From an uncultured delta proteobacterium (GTDB taxonomy: Bacteria; Desulfobacterota; Binatia; Binatales; Binataceae): a stretch of 64,000 bases of DNA. The notes under the pieces were generated by a model. That model saw nothing but the letters and a program-made list of their open reading frames with translations. It made no database searches and was not told the origin of the DNA. Shown one piece after another: positions 39,104 through 51,639 of this stretch (its first letter is position 1; the number at the start of each line of letters is the position of its first letter). The stretch covers positions 64,001-128,000 of the forward strand of contig CAWCDG010000005.1 of assembly GCA_963794325.1 (NCBI GenBank), given 5' to 3'. The position numbers and the translations under genes are program-made.

Positions 39104-39235
39104 CTCAGTCCAATCTCCTTATGGTTAAGACCCGATCGAAAGTTAAATCGAAGCCATGCAAATACTCGGACACGCGGATTTAAAGCATAGCTAATCGAGG
39201 GGAACCATTAAAGGGCCGCCTATCGGCAGGTCAAA

Positions 39236-39529
39236 TCATCGAATCTGGAAGTCCTTGAATTCCCCTGTGAAATCGGACCACTCTTCGCGTACGGCGGTTA
39301 CGTGCGCTGACGGCGGGCCCAAATGTGCCCATGCTGCAAGCATCTGCAAGTTCTCACGGCTCCCTTCCGCGACAATTTCGACGTTCCCATCGGGTATATT
39401 GCGCACCCATCCGGCAAGTGCGAGATCTTTGGCCTCGTCGTAAGCAGAGAATCGAAAGCCGACGCCCTGCACCCGTCCGCTGATGATTAGATGCAACCTC
39501 GCGCGCTGTTGTTTGTTTTGAGTGGTCAC
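39236..39529 (-). CDS. acyP: Acylphosphatase
   Basis: SGRVQGVGFR, GWVRN..DG.VE, GPPSA. Confidence 0.92.
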   Translation of the reverse strand: MTTQNKQQRARLHLIISGRVQGVGFRFSAYDEAKDLALAGWVRNIPDGNVEIVAEGSRENLQMLAAWAHLGPPSAHVTAVREEWSDFTGEFKDFQIR

Positions 39530-39567
39530 ACCGGTTCGAAAGCGCTTCGGGTGGTGCCTAAAGATAA

Positions 39568-39596
39568 AGGCCGGACTATTTGCGAATCCGGCCTTC
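39568..39596 (-). terminator. Hairpin downstream of the ligA operon
   Basis: aaggccgga...tccggcctt. Confidence 0.5.
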
Positions 39597-39620
39597 TCCG
39601 AAGCGTCGGGGCTTGAGAAA

Positions 39621-39914
39621 CTAAGCTTTAGCTTTGGCGAGCAATTGGTCCAGCTTTTTGTTCGTGTCCTCGAACGTTTTAATGAGATCGTCGAGGACAC
39701 TATCGAGTTCCGCCTTGTCCAACCCCTTTCCGTTTCCTTCCGAAGTCCGGATCAAAGCCTGAACGGTCTTTTGGTTTTCTGTCACGCGTTTCATAAGGTC
39801 TGAAGCTCTCTTCCTCGACTCCGAATCAAGCTTGAGGGTTGCCAGCTCTCGCGCTTTTGACAGCGCCTCAACAAGAAGATGGACGATTCTCTCAAGCTTG
39901 TCCATAAGCACCAA
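39621..39914 (-). CDS. Hypothetical helical/coiled-coil protein
   Basis: Charged helical 97-aa ORF co-oriented right after ligA. Confidence 0.6.
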   Translation of the reverse strand: MVLMDKLERIVHLLVEALSKARELATLKLDSESRKRASDLMKRVTENQKTVQALIRTSEGNGKGLDKAELDSVLDDLIKTFEDTNKKLDQLLAKAKA

Positions 39915-39923
39915 ACTTACAGT

Positions 39924-42661
<2,738 letters not shown>

Positions 42662-42676
42662 CGCAAGTTCTCCAGA

Positions 42677-43333
42677 TCAGGATTTGCCGCCGCGCTCCGC
42701 TTTTCTCTTCTCTGCGCGCGCCGTCTTCTCGTCCTCTTCGATTCGCAGTGCGCGATCCCATAGAAATTCGGGCTCGCCGAGCCGCTTCGCGACCCATCGC
42801 GATTGCACGAACAGATGGTCGCTCAGGCGATTCACATAGATGATGAGATTGTCGTTAATGTCTTCCTCGCGCTTGAGCCGCCAGCACACGCGCTCGGCGC
42901 GCCGACAGACCGTACGCGCCTGATGGAGGAACGCGTTGAGCACGCCGCCGCCCGGCAGCGTGAAGGATTTCAGCGGCTCGAGCTCCTTCTCCATCGCGTC
43001 CATTTCTTCTTCGAGCTTCTTGATCTCGCCGGCGCCCATCTTATGCATCTGCGGATATTCGCCGTCGGGCGGCGTTGCAAGTTCGCTGCCCACGTCGAAC
43101 AGTTCGTTCTGAATACGGCGCAGCGATTCAGAATACGGATCGAAGTCAGCGCCGAAGCCGTCGCGATATTGCGGCAAGTAGGTACGCACGATTCCGATGA
43201 TCGAGTTCAGCTCGTCGATCGTGCCATAGGCCTCGAGCCGCGCGCTCTCCTTGGGCACGCGCTTGCCGCCGACTAGAGCGGTCTGACCCTTGTCGCCAGT
43301 GCGCGTGTAAATCCGGCTGAGACGTATCGCCAT
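42677..43333 (-). CDS. PduO-type cob(I)alamin adenosyltransferase
   Basis: IYTRTGDKG, AYGTIDELNS, ARTVCRRAER, NRLSD. Confidence 0.94.
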   Translation of the reverse strand: MAIRLSRIYTRTGDKGQTALVGGKRVPKESARLEAYGTIDELNSIIGIVRTYLPQYRDGFGADFDPYSESLRRIQNELFDVGSELATPPDGEYPQMHKMGAGEIKKLEEEMDAMEKELEPLKSFTLPGGGVLNAFLHQARTVCRRAERVCWRLKREEDINDNLIIYVNRLSDHLFVQSRWVAKRLGEPEFLWDRALRIEEDEKTARAEKRKAERGGKS

Positions 43334-43773
43334 CAGACGCCCGCCTTGGCTTTCTGCGCGGCGTATGCGGCGTCGCCGAGGTCGGTCGTCACCGGCAGTC
43401 CCGCTTCCTTCCAGCCTGCGACGACGACCTTGCCCGACGCGTCGCGCTGGCCACCAAAGCCGCCGACCACGTTGGTCAGGTCGGTGAAGCCGGCTTCTTC
43501 GAGCATCTCGCATGCGCGCTGCGAGCGTCCGCCCGCCATGCATCCGACGACGAGCTTTTTGTTTTTTGGGAGTACCTTCTCAGCGACTTCGTCAAATTCG
43601 AGATTCAACTGCATCTGCCCCGGACCCTTCGCCACCATCACCGGGATATTGATCGCACCGGCGGGATGTCCCGCTGCAAACTCTCCTTCGGTGCGAACGT
43701 CGAGATAGAGCGCGTCGGGATTCTGCTTGAGCGTTTCGTACGCTTCGGGAGGGACCTGCTGCTTTATCGCCAT
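43333..43773 (-). CDS. Single-domain rhodanese
   Basis: LDVRTEGEFAAGHP, GCMAGGRS, GWKEAGLP. Confidence 0.92.
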   Translation of the reverse strand: MAIKQQVPPEAYETLKQNPDALYLDVRTEGEFAAGHPAGAINIPVMVAKGPGQMQLNLEFDEVAEKVLPKNKKLVVGCMAGGRSQRACEMLEEAGFTDLTNVVGGFGGQRDASGKVVVAGWKEAGLPVTTDLGDAAYAAQKAKAGV

Positions 43774-43813
43774 CGAAAGACCTCTGTTTCAGTATCCAAA
43801 CTCTATCAGATTC

Positions 43814-44326
43814 TTACGGCTTCGGATTTCCTACGCGCTCATAGTGCACCATCTCGGCGCGCGGTTTCAGCGGCTTCGCCTGCGGCGGACTTTTCGGATC
43901 GGCATAACCGAACGGCAGGATTGTGAAGATTGCCCATCCGTCTTTGACTCCGAGCATCGCGCCGATCTTTGCACCGTCGAAATTGCCGACCCAGCAGGTG
44001 CCGAGTCCCAGCGCCCATCCCGCGTCAGCCATGTTCTGGACGGCTTGCCCGCAATCGACGTCGGCCCACCGCGCATTCGCGACATCCTTGAGCACGACGA
44101 TCGCCGACGGTGCGTCAGTGACGAAGCGACCGGTCGCGCACAGCGCGCCAATTTCTTTGAGCCTATCGCGATTCTGAATCACGACAAACTGCCACGGCTG
44201 CAGGTTGCGAGCGCTCATCGCATGGCGCCCGGCATCGACGATTTTCGAGAGTTTTTCGCGCTCGACTGGTTTGTCCGCGAACGTGCGCTGCACCTTGCGT
44301 GAGAGAATGACTTCGAGAGCGTCCAT
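43814..44326 (-). CDS. Nitroreductase family protein
   Basis: SARNLQPWQF, DCGQAVQNM..GLGTCWVG. Confidence 0.92.
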   Translation of the reverse strand: MDALEVILSRKVQRTFADKPVEREKLSKIVDAGRHAMSARNLQPWQFVVIQNRDRLKEIGALCATGRFVTDAPSAIVVLKDVANARWADVDCGQAVQNMADAGWALGLGTCWVGNFDGAKIGAMLGVKDGWAIFTILPFGYADPKSPPQAKPLKPRAEMVHYERVGNPKP

Positions 44327-44484
44327 GGATAAGGCCTCCGGCTGGAATTGCGTTCATCAAGCAGCCACAAAAACTTGTAGTATCAACCGGCAGCTGAATC
44401 CAGTTGGATTCGGGGAGGAACGGCGCGCGATAGGGCCAGTGATGCTGGTGAACTGAAGGCGCTGCTGAGCGACGCGCTGCGCGC

Positions 44485-44573
44485 GAGATCCTTCGCTGCG
44501 CTCAGGATGACACAAAAAAAGGAAACGGCCCCACGCGTCATTCTGAGCGAAAGCTGCTGTAGCGAAGAATCTC
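44485..44573. repeat. Family C repeat pair, back-to-back
   Basis: gagatccttcgctgcgctcaggatgaca (44485-44512) and gtcattctgagcgaaagctgctgtagcgaagaatctc (44537-44573). Confidence 0.85.
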
Positions 44574-44658
44574 GACGGACGCTCTAGCGGCCGGCGTTGC
44601 GTCGCGTGCATGGAAGGAATCGGACCGATTTATCGATAGATATTAGATACAGACGCCT

Positions 44659-44946
44659 TCAGCCGCGCTTGTAAACAGAAAATTTCTGCTCGAGTTTTGT
44701 TACTCGCTCCTGAATCGAAGGTAAGCGTTGCACGCCGAGGAAGAATTGCACCAGTTCTTCGTGGCCGGCCTGGCCGCCGGGGCTCATTACTTCGACCAGT
44801 TCTTCTATCAGGCTGGGGAACTTTTCGCTCGGGATGTAGTAGTTCGCCCATCCGAAGTTGCAATGGCGATGTAGAATCTTGGCGATCGTTTTTTCGAGAA
44901 GCTCGCGGCGGCCGCCTGCGTGTTGCTGTTCGTTTTCGTTGTTCAC
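44659..44946 (-). CDS. Hypothetical protein
   Basis: GGGGAG RBS before GTG; 95 aa with protein-like composition. Confidence 0.55.
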   Translation of the reverse strand: MNNENEQQHAGGRRELLEKTIAKILHRHCNFGWANYYIPSEKFPSLIEELVEVMSPGGQAGHEELVQFFLGVQRLPSIQERVTKLEQKFSVYKRG

Positions 44947-44986
44947 TGGATGCTCCCCTGGCTCAGATGGTGCTGGTGTTTCGCGC

Positions 44987-45889
44987 TCAGGCGCCCTTTT
45001 TTACCGGCGCGGGCGGTGCGTCGTCGGCCCACAAAATCTTGTGATAGTCGAAACGCATGCCTTCGATGATATTGAATTTGACGATTTCGAAATAGGGTGA
45101 CAAGTCGAAATCGCGCGGCGTGACCAGCGTCGGCGAGACCATCCTGAGGGCGCCGTATTGCAGCCAGCCGGTTGTCGATTTCGAGCCGATAGGCCACAGC
45201 TTGCGCTTGGGCGGCTCGGGCGGAGCCTGGGGCGGCAACTGCTCGTAGTTCGCCACGATCGGAAATTTCACGCGATGGAACGACGACGCGATTACGCTCG
45301 AACAGATGACGCGGGTCGGCTCGCCGCTGCCGAATTGCAGCGCCCGGCGGCGAAAGCGCGCGGGCACCAGGCTCACCGGCAGAAAGTAGCGCGCGAGATC
45401 GATCACGTTGCGCAAATCGTAAGTGTCGCCGACGCTGCGAATCGCCTCGTCCATCACGTCGGCCAGGTCCACCGCCGACAGGTTGAACGGGCGGCATACG
45501 CGGAGGTTGAAATCGCGATATTTGGTGAGCGGCGAGAGCACCACGCCGGCCTCGACGATCGCCTCGACCACCAGGAAATTCGCTTCTTCGCCGAATTGCG
45601 CGACCAGCGGCGCCTTCAGCTCGGGATTGCGGCGAATCGGCTCGTCACCGACGTACAGCGCCGAATGCGACCACGAGCTTTGCGTCAGATATTTGATGCA
45701 TTCGCTGATACGCTCGTTTCCCTCGACCAAAATCACGTCGCCTTTGCGAATGTGACGCTTGAGCGCGGAAATGTCGTTCGGTATGTGGAGCGCGTAACTC
45801 TTTAAAGGCTTGGTGAGCAGACCGACGGCCCAATCGCTCATCCGGTCCAGCAACCAGGAAATGATCCCCGATTTTTCGCGCCGAGCCAT
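44987..45889 (-). CDS. YiiX/YebB-like permuted papain-like NlpC/P60 protein
   Basis: GDVILV, SSWSHSALYVG, YDL, ICSS, PRDFDLSPYF. Confidence 0.85.
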   Translation of the reverse strand: MARREKSGIISWLLDRMSDWAVGLLTKPLKSYALHIPNDISALKRHIRKGDVILVEGNERISECIKYLTQSSWSHSALYVGDEPIRRNPELKAPLVAQFGEEANFLVVEAIVEAGVVLSPLTKYRDFNLRVCRPFNLSAVDLADVMDEAIRSVGDTYDLRNVIDLARYFLPVSLVPARFRRRALQFGSGEPTRVICSSVIASSFHRVKFPIVANYEQLPPQAPPEPPKRKLWPIGSKSTTGWLQYGALRMVSPTLVTPRDFDLSPYFEIVKFNIIEGMRFDYHKILWADDAPPAPVKKGA

Positions 45890-45971
45890 TTCAGTGAATG
45901 AATATAGGAATGGAGGGCGGGGCGAAACAATGCGGGTGCGGCGGTGCCAGGAACCTAGCCGTCAAACCACG

Positions 45972-46010
45972 TAACCCCTAACCCCTTCCCATAGTGGGAA
46001 GGGGAACCGG
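45972..46010 (-). repeat. Family A palindromic repeat, inverted copy
   Basis: 37-bp core identical to the 8389-8429 copy. Confidence 0.9.
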
Positions 46011-46062
46011 ATTTGAGAAAAACGGGAAGGCGACGGGATTACAGATGGAAAACAGATAAAGT

Positions 46063-47103
46063 TCAGGTTTTGAACTGGCCTACGATTGCGTAGAACGGGA
46101 CGTTCAGGGTTGCCTGGTCAGGGTCGTCGGTCTTTATCGTTAAATTGCCGCGGAGTTGGCCGTCAGGGGTGCCGTGTCTCAGAGTGACGGTCACCTTGTA
46201 TTCCTTGCCCGGGGTGACTGGCTCCGCGACAGCGCCGACGGCGGGACTGCTGCTTGCAACGTCGAGCACCTTGACCGGATGCGGCCCCTGGTTGCTCAGC
46301 TTGAAAATTCTCACGATGTCCTGTCCATGCGGCACGATCCCGAACGAAACCTGCGCCGGGTCGACGTTTAGATCGCCAGTCACCGTTCCAAAGACGTCAA
46401 CCTGCAGCGGCACGCGATTCGTGGTGATTTTAATCGTGTCGTCGAATGGCCCGGTCGGCATCGACTTGAGCAGCGAGACTTTCAGCAGCGCGCCGGGTTT
46501 GCCGTCGGGACGCTTCTCCTGCTCGACCTTGATCGACGAGTTCGAGTTGCTGATCGGGCCGACCGAGAACGCGCCGCGCGCCGGATTCAAATCGTTGACC
46601 AGCAATTCCTTGGTGCTTTCGGTTCCGCGTTTTACGTCGCCGAACGCGACTTCGCCCGGCACCGCCTCGACCTGCTTCTTGACGATCCCCTGCATCGTCA
46701 TCGCGACTTGCGGATTGTCGGGATCGTTGGTGAACGCCGTGATCGTGCGGACCTGGTGGCCCTTCTGGAAATGCGTGTCGAACGCCACCGCGATATCGGT
46801 CGTGTCGCCCGGCGCGACGTGCATCTTCGAGGGCTGACCGGTGGTGCATCCGCACGAAGTCTTCACGCCAGTGAGATCCAGATAGCCTTGGCCGTTGTTC
46901 TTGATGGTGAAGGTATGCGTGACCATCTGGCCTTCGAGCGCACTGCCGAAATCGTACAGCGGCGTGCTGACTACGGCCTTCGGCGCATGGCCCGGGGGCG
47001 CGCTGTTGCCGCCGGGAATCAGCGGATTCATGCTGCTGTCCTGCGCGAAGGCCGGCGCACTCGCGATCAATCCAATCATCAGTGTGAGAAGAATTCGTTT
47101 CAT
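46063..47103 (-). CDS. DUF1573 multi-Ig-domain secreted protein
   Basis: Signal peptide AFA-Q, YDFG, VKTSCGCT, TNDPDNP, three Ig-like repeats. Confidence 0.85.
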   Translation of the reverse strand: MKRILLTLMIGLIASAPAFAQDSSMNPLIPGGNSAPPGHAPKAVVSTPLYDFGSALEGQMVTHTFTIKNNGQGYLDLTGVKTSCGCTTGQPSKMHVAPGDTTDIAVAFDTHFQKGHQVRTITAFTNDPDNPQVAMTMQGIVKKQVEAVPGEVAFGDVKRGTESTKELLVNDLNPARGAFSVGPISNSNSSIKVEQEKRPDGKPGALLKVSLLKSMPTGPFDDTIKITTNRVPLQVDVFGTVTGDLNVDPAQVSFGIVPHGQDIVRIFKLSNQGPHPVKVLDVASSSPAVGAVAEPVTPGKEYKVTVTLRHGTPDGQLRGNLTIKTDDPDQATLNVPFYAIVGQFKT

Positions 47104-47188
47104 GGTTTTCAAGTTAGTCACGTGCCTTGCGGACGAGGCTGTCGAGCCTCGAACCGCACTCTATCAATTATGGCGCGGAGCGTTGCGG

Positions 47189-48571
47189 TCAAGAGGCCTT
47201 GCTTACCGGTGCGTGCGCGGCTTCGCGATGGGCCGGTTCATAGCGGGTAAGAAAATCGGTCGCGTATTCGCCGCGATTGAAATCCGGATCGTGCAGAATC
47301 TTCAGATGCAGCGGGATGTTGGTCTTGATGCCGTCGACTACGTACTCGCGCAGCGCAGCCTTGGCCCGCGCGATAACTTCCGGCCGCGTCTCGGCATGCA
47401 CGATCAGCTTTGCAATCAGCGGATCATACTGCACCGGCACCCGATAGCCGTCGTACAGCGCCGTCTCGACCCGCACGCCCAGACCGCCCGGCGTATGATG
47501 ATTCGTCACGACGCCCGGCGACGGAATGCCACGCTCGGGATCCTCGGCGTAGATGCGAAACTCCATCGAGGCGCCCTCGAAGGTCACCTGCCGCTGCTTG
47601 AGCGCGAGCTTCTCGCCCATCGCCATCTTGATGCTTTCCTTCACCAGGTCGACGCCGGTAACCATCTCGGTCACGCCGTGCTCGACCTGGATGCGGGTGT
47701 TCATCTCGATAAAATAAAACTCGCCGCTGCCCGCGAGCAGAAACTCGACAGTGCCGACGTTGGAATAGCCGACGACTTCCGCCGCGCGCACCGCCGCCTT
47801 GCCCATCTTCTCGCGCAGCCGCGGGGTCAGAATCGGGCACGGCGATTCCTCGACGACCTTCTGATGACGCCGCTGGATCGAGCAGTCGCGCTCGCCAAGA
47901 TGAATCGCGTTGCGCTGCAGGTCGGCAAGAATCTGAAACTCGACGTGACGCGCGCGCTCGAGATATTTTTCGAGATACATTTTCTTCGAGCTGAACGACG
48001 CTTCGGATTCGCCCTGCGCCAGCGCAAATAAATGGGTGAGCTCGTCCGCGTTGCGAACGACTCGCATCCCCTTGCCGCCACCGCCGGCCGCCGCCTTGAT
48101 CAACACCGGATAGCCGAGGCGCTTGGCGTCCACTTGAGCCTCGCGCAACTCGGTGACGCCAGTGCCCTCACTACCCGGCAGCACCGGAACGCCGGCACGC
48201 TTCATGATTCGTCGCGCGCGCGGCTTGTCGCCCATCAACCTGATGTGACGCGCACGAGGGCCGACGAAATTCAGCCCCGACTTCTGGCACGCTTCGGCGA
48301 AGTCGCCGTTTTCGGACAGGAAGCCGTAGCCCGGATGAACCGCATCGGCGCCGAAGGTCGTCGCGGCGCTGAGAATCGCCGGGATATTGAGGTAGCTGTC
48401 TTCCGCCGCCGGCGGGCCGATACATACCGACTCGTCGGCCATCCGCACATGCAGCGCATTCTTGTCGGCGGTCGAGTAAACCGCGACGGTTAAAATTCCC
48501 AGCTCACGGCATGCGCGAATTATCCGGATTGCGATTGTCCCGCGATTTGCGACCAGCAGTTTTTTGAACAT
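47189..48571 (-). CDS. accC: Biotin carboxylase
   Basis: LVANRG, HPGYGFLSEN, GGGGKGMR, ERDCSIQRRHQK, EMNTRIQVEH. Confidence 0.95.
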   Translation of the reverse strand: MFKKLLVANRGTIAIRIIRACRELGILTVAVYSTADKNALHVRMADESVCIGPPAAEDSYLNIPAILSAATTFGADAVHPGYGFLSENGDFAEACQKSGLNFVGPRARHIRLMGDKPRARRIMKRAGVPVLPGSEGTGVTELREAQVDAKRLGYPVLIKAAAGGGGKGMRVVRNADELTHLFALAQGESEASFSSKKMYLEKYLERARHVEFQILADLQRNAIHLGERDCSIQRRHQKVVEESPCPILTPRLREKMGKAAVRAAEVVGYSNVGTVEFLLAGSGEFYFIEMNTRIQVEHGVTEMVTGVDLVKESIKMAMGEKLALKQRQVTFEGASMEFRIYAEDPERGIPSPGVVTNHHTPGGLGVRVETALYDGYRVPVQYDPLIAKLIVHAETRPEVIARAKAALREYVVDGIKTNIPLHLKILHDPDFNRGEYATDFLTRYEPAHREAAHAPVSKAS

Positions 48572-48590
48572 CGGCGAACGCTCCGCCCCG

Positions 48591-49088
48591 TCAAATCACT
48601 TCGATGATCATCAGGGGTTGACCGTATTCTATAGGATTCCCGTTCTCCGCGAGGATTCTTATCACGCGCCCCGCGGCCGGCGATTCGACTTCGTTCATCA
48701 TCTTCATCGCTTCGATAATGCAGAGCGGCTGGCCCTTGCGCACCGACGATCCTTCCTCGACGAACGGCGCCGCGTCGGGCGAAGCTGCGCGGTAGAAAGT
48801 GCCAACCATCGGGCTTTCGATCAATTTCTGATTCGGCGCGAGATCGATTTTCCCCGCCGCCCGCGAGCCGTCCTCTGCCGTCGCCTCGACGTGCCGCGTC
48901 GCCATCTTGATCGGCGAGGCTGCGCGCGCTGCGATATGCGCCTCCGAGCCTGTCTCAGTCTGATCCACCGACGCGCGACCGCCGCCGCGCACCAGCCGCA
49001 CCTTGCCCTTCTTGTCCTCGATTTCGAGTTCGACCAGCCCGTAATCGCGCATCAGGACCAGCAAGGTTTTCAGCTCGCGTACTTCCAT
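48591..49088 (-). CDS. accB: Biotin carboxyl carrier protein
   Basis: [24 protein letters not shown]. Confidence 0.95.
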   Translation of the reverse strand: MEVRELKTLLVLMRDYGLVELEIEDKKGKVRLVRGGGRASVDQTETGSEAHIAARAASPIKMATRHVEATAEDGSRAAGKIDLAPNQKLIESPMVGTFYRAASPDAAPFVEEGSSVRKGQPLCIIEAMKMMNEVESPAAGRVIRILAENGNPIEYGQPLMIIEVI

Positions 49089-49152
49089 CCCTTCTCCGTG
49101 TCGTGTTGCAATCGCGGATCGTCGGCGTTCTGGATCGTTGTCCGCCATGCGA

Positions 49153-49680
49153 CTAGCCACTCCGTCGGCGCGACTCCTCTGCAATCGTGCGCGCCGCTCT
49201 GAGAGCCAAACTGTAGCTCTCGGCGCCAAATCCCATGATTCGGCCGTGCGCGATATCCGCGATCGTCGAATGATGCCGGAACGGCTCGCGCTTATACACG
49301 TTCGACAGATGCACTTCGATCACCGGAATATTCACCGCCGCGATCGCGTCGCGAATCGCAACGCTGGTGTGGGTGTATGCGCCCGGATTTATCAATAGTA
49401 CGTCGCACTTGCCGCGCGCTTTCTGAATTCGATCGACGATCCCGCCTTCACTGTTCGACTGAAACGTCTCAACCTTCATCTTAAGCTCGAGTCCCAGCCG
49501 CTTCAGTTCCTTGTCGATATCGGCCAGCTTTGTCCTGCCATAGACTTCGGGCTCGCGTTCGCCGAGCAGATTAAGGTTGGGTCCATGAACGACCAGCACC
49601 GCGATTTGGCCACCCGATGAAGGCTCGCCAGCCGAATCCCGCGCTTTAGCCCTCGTCGCCACACCACTCCTCACTGTCAT
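49153..49680 (-). CDS. aroQ: Type II 3-dehydroquinate dehydratase
   Basis: [38 protein letters not shown]. Confidence 0.96.
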   Translation of the reverse strand: MTVRSGVATRAKARDSAGEPSSGGQIAVLVVHGPNLNLLGEREPEVYGRTKLADIDKELKRLGLELKMKVETFQSNSEGGIVDRIQKARGKCDVLLINPGAYTHTSVAIRDAIAAVNIPVIEVHLSNVYKREPFRHHSTIADIAHGRIMGFGAESYSLALRAARTIAEESRRRSG

Positions 49681-49734
49681 TGAACCGCACCCTCAAAGCG
49701 ACTGCAAGCGCGGGGGTTATCCACTGTCCACCGG

Positions 49735-50619
49735 TCAGTCATCACTAGAATCGTCATCGCGCGCCTTGAGCGCATCCTGATACACTTCGCGACGGCCCTT
49801 CCCAGTCAGCCGCGCGACTACCGCGCTCGCCTGTTTGAGGCCCAGCCCTGCTTCGCGCAGGATTTCGAGCGCCTCATGCGCATCGATCGCGACGTTCTCC
49901 GCATCCTCTTGCTGCGCAGCTCCCGCGACGACGATCACGATCTCGCCCAGCGCGGGCGTCGCGCGAAATTTGCGCTCCAGCTCACCCAGCGTCCCGCGAA
50001 TCGTCCGCTCGTAAGTCTTGGTGATTTCGCAGACCACGGCCGCATCGCGCGACTCGCCGAATGCGGTCGCCATCGCGCCCAGCGTATCCGTCACTCGGCG
50101 CGAAGCTTCGTAGAAGACCATCGTGCGGGACTCGCGGCGCAGTTCTTCCAGCGCCTTTCGCCGAGCCGCGTCGCGCGAGGGGACAAATCCTTCGAAGGTG
50201 AACCTGTCGGTGGGGATTCCGGCAATCGACAGCGCCGCGATCGCCGCCGATGCTCCCGGCACCGCGATCACCGGCACGTTCGCGTCCAACGCCGCGCGCA
50301 CCAGCCGAAAACCAGGATCGGAAATCGCCGGCGTGCCCGCATCCGTGACGATCGCGATTTTTTCGCCGGCCTTCAACCGCGCGACCAGCTCGGGAACGCG
50401 CCGTTCCTCGTTATGCTCGAAATGGCTGACGGTCGGCGTGCCAATCTGATGACGCGCGAGCATCTGCCCGGTGCGCCGCGTGTCCTCGCATGCGATCAGG
50501 CTGACTTCCGCGAGAGTGCGGATCGCCCGCGCCGAAATGTCGTCGGGATTTCCGATCGGCGTCGCGACCACGTACAAAATCCCGTCGCCCCCGGTTTGTC
50601 TAATTGTGCGAGCAGACAT
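49735..50619 (-). CDS. rsmI: 16S rRNA C1402 2'-O-methyltransferase
   Basis: LYVVATPIGN, CEDTR, DAGTPAISDPG, EITKTYE. Confidence 0.95.
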   Translation of the reverse strand: MSARTIRQTGGDGILYVVATPIGNPDDISARAIRTLAEVSLIACEDTRRTGQMLARHQIGTPTVSHFEHNEERRVPELVARLKAGEKIAIVTDAGTPAISDPGFRLVRAALDANVPVIAVPGASAAIAALSIAGIPTDRFTFEGFVPSRDAARRKALEELRRESRTMVFYEASRRVTDTLGAMATAFGESRDAAVVCEITKTYERTIRGTLGELERKFRATPALGEIVIVVAGAAQQEDAENVAIDAHEALEILREAGLGLKQASAVVARLTGKGRREVYQDALKARDDDSSDD

Positions 50620-50670
50620 TACAATTCGATTTGGAATTCAAAGTGACTATTTGTCCCGGGAGTAATCAGC

Positions 50671-51536
50671 GTGGCCGAAGGCAAAGCAACCCTGCTCATC
50701 TCATGCATCGACCGCCCCGGCCTCATCGCGAAAGTCGCCACTCACCTTTACACGCTCGGCTGCAATATTATCACCTCGGACCAGTACTCCGACGACGAGG
50801 ACGGCCACTTTTTCTGGCGCATCCACTTCGAAAGCCTGCGATTACCAGTAAGCGAGCTACAGAATGAACTCGACGCCTCGATGACGTCGATGTTACCGTG
50901 GGAGCACCTCAAGTGGGCTCTCTTCGACGCCGCCAAGCGCGACCGAATCGTCATCATGGTTTCGCGACTGCCGCATTGCATGATCGATCTGCTCAGCCGG
51001 CATCATGTCGGCGAACTGGATGGCGACGTGGTCGGCGTTGTCAGCAATCATCCCGACCTCGAATCGCTGGTGCGTCCGTTCGAAGTCCCGTTCAAGGTGA
51101 TTCCGGTCACCAAGGATAGCAAGTCGGAATCCGAAGCCGCGCTACTGAAGCATCTCGGCGAACTCAAGGCGGACACTGTCGTGCTCGCGCGCTATATGCA
51201 GGTGCTGTCCGGCCGAATTTCTGCGCGTCATGGAACAAGCCGATCGTCAACATCCACCACAGCTTCCTGCCCGCGTTCGCCGGTCAGCGTCCGCACAAAC
51301 AAGCACATGACCGCGGCGTCAAACTAATCGGCGCCACCGCGCACTATGTGACCGAAGAACTCGATGCCGGCCCGATAATCGCGCAAGCCACCACCCCGAT
51401 GACCCATCGCGACACCGTCGCCGACCTCGCGCGCAAGGGCAAGGACCTCGAAGTGATGGTGTTAGCGAAGGCAGTGAGAGCCCACCTGAAAAAACAGGTG
51501 CTCCTGCATCACAACCGCACAATCGTCTTCGAGTAG
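50671..51536 (+). pseudogene. purU: Formyltetrahydrofolate deformylase, frameshifted near 51211-51228 (possibly sequencing error)
   Basis: ACT domain and [10 protein letters not shown] in one frame; [30 protein letters not shown] in another frame. Confidence 0.85.
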
Positions 51537-51546
51537 CATTCCTTCT

Positions 51547-51629
51547 GGTTCCCTCGCCCCACGAGGGGAGAGGTTACACTCCGTAATCCGGTTCCCCTTC
51601 CCGCTGGGGAAGGGGTTAGGGGTTAGGTT
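51547..51629 (+). repeat. Family A palindromic repeat
   Basis: ccggttccccttcccgctggggaaggggttaggggttaggtt between convergent purU and nuoN. Confidence 0.9.
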
Positions 51630-51639
51630 CCCAATCTGC

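Noticed and set aside
43333-44946. Additional selenoproteins (second rhodanese, TGA-ending ORF at 44659)
   Set aside because: The rhodanese is complete with Cys, and the terminal TGAs show no domain continuation or SECIS-like hairpin.
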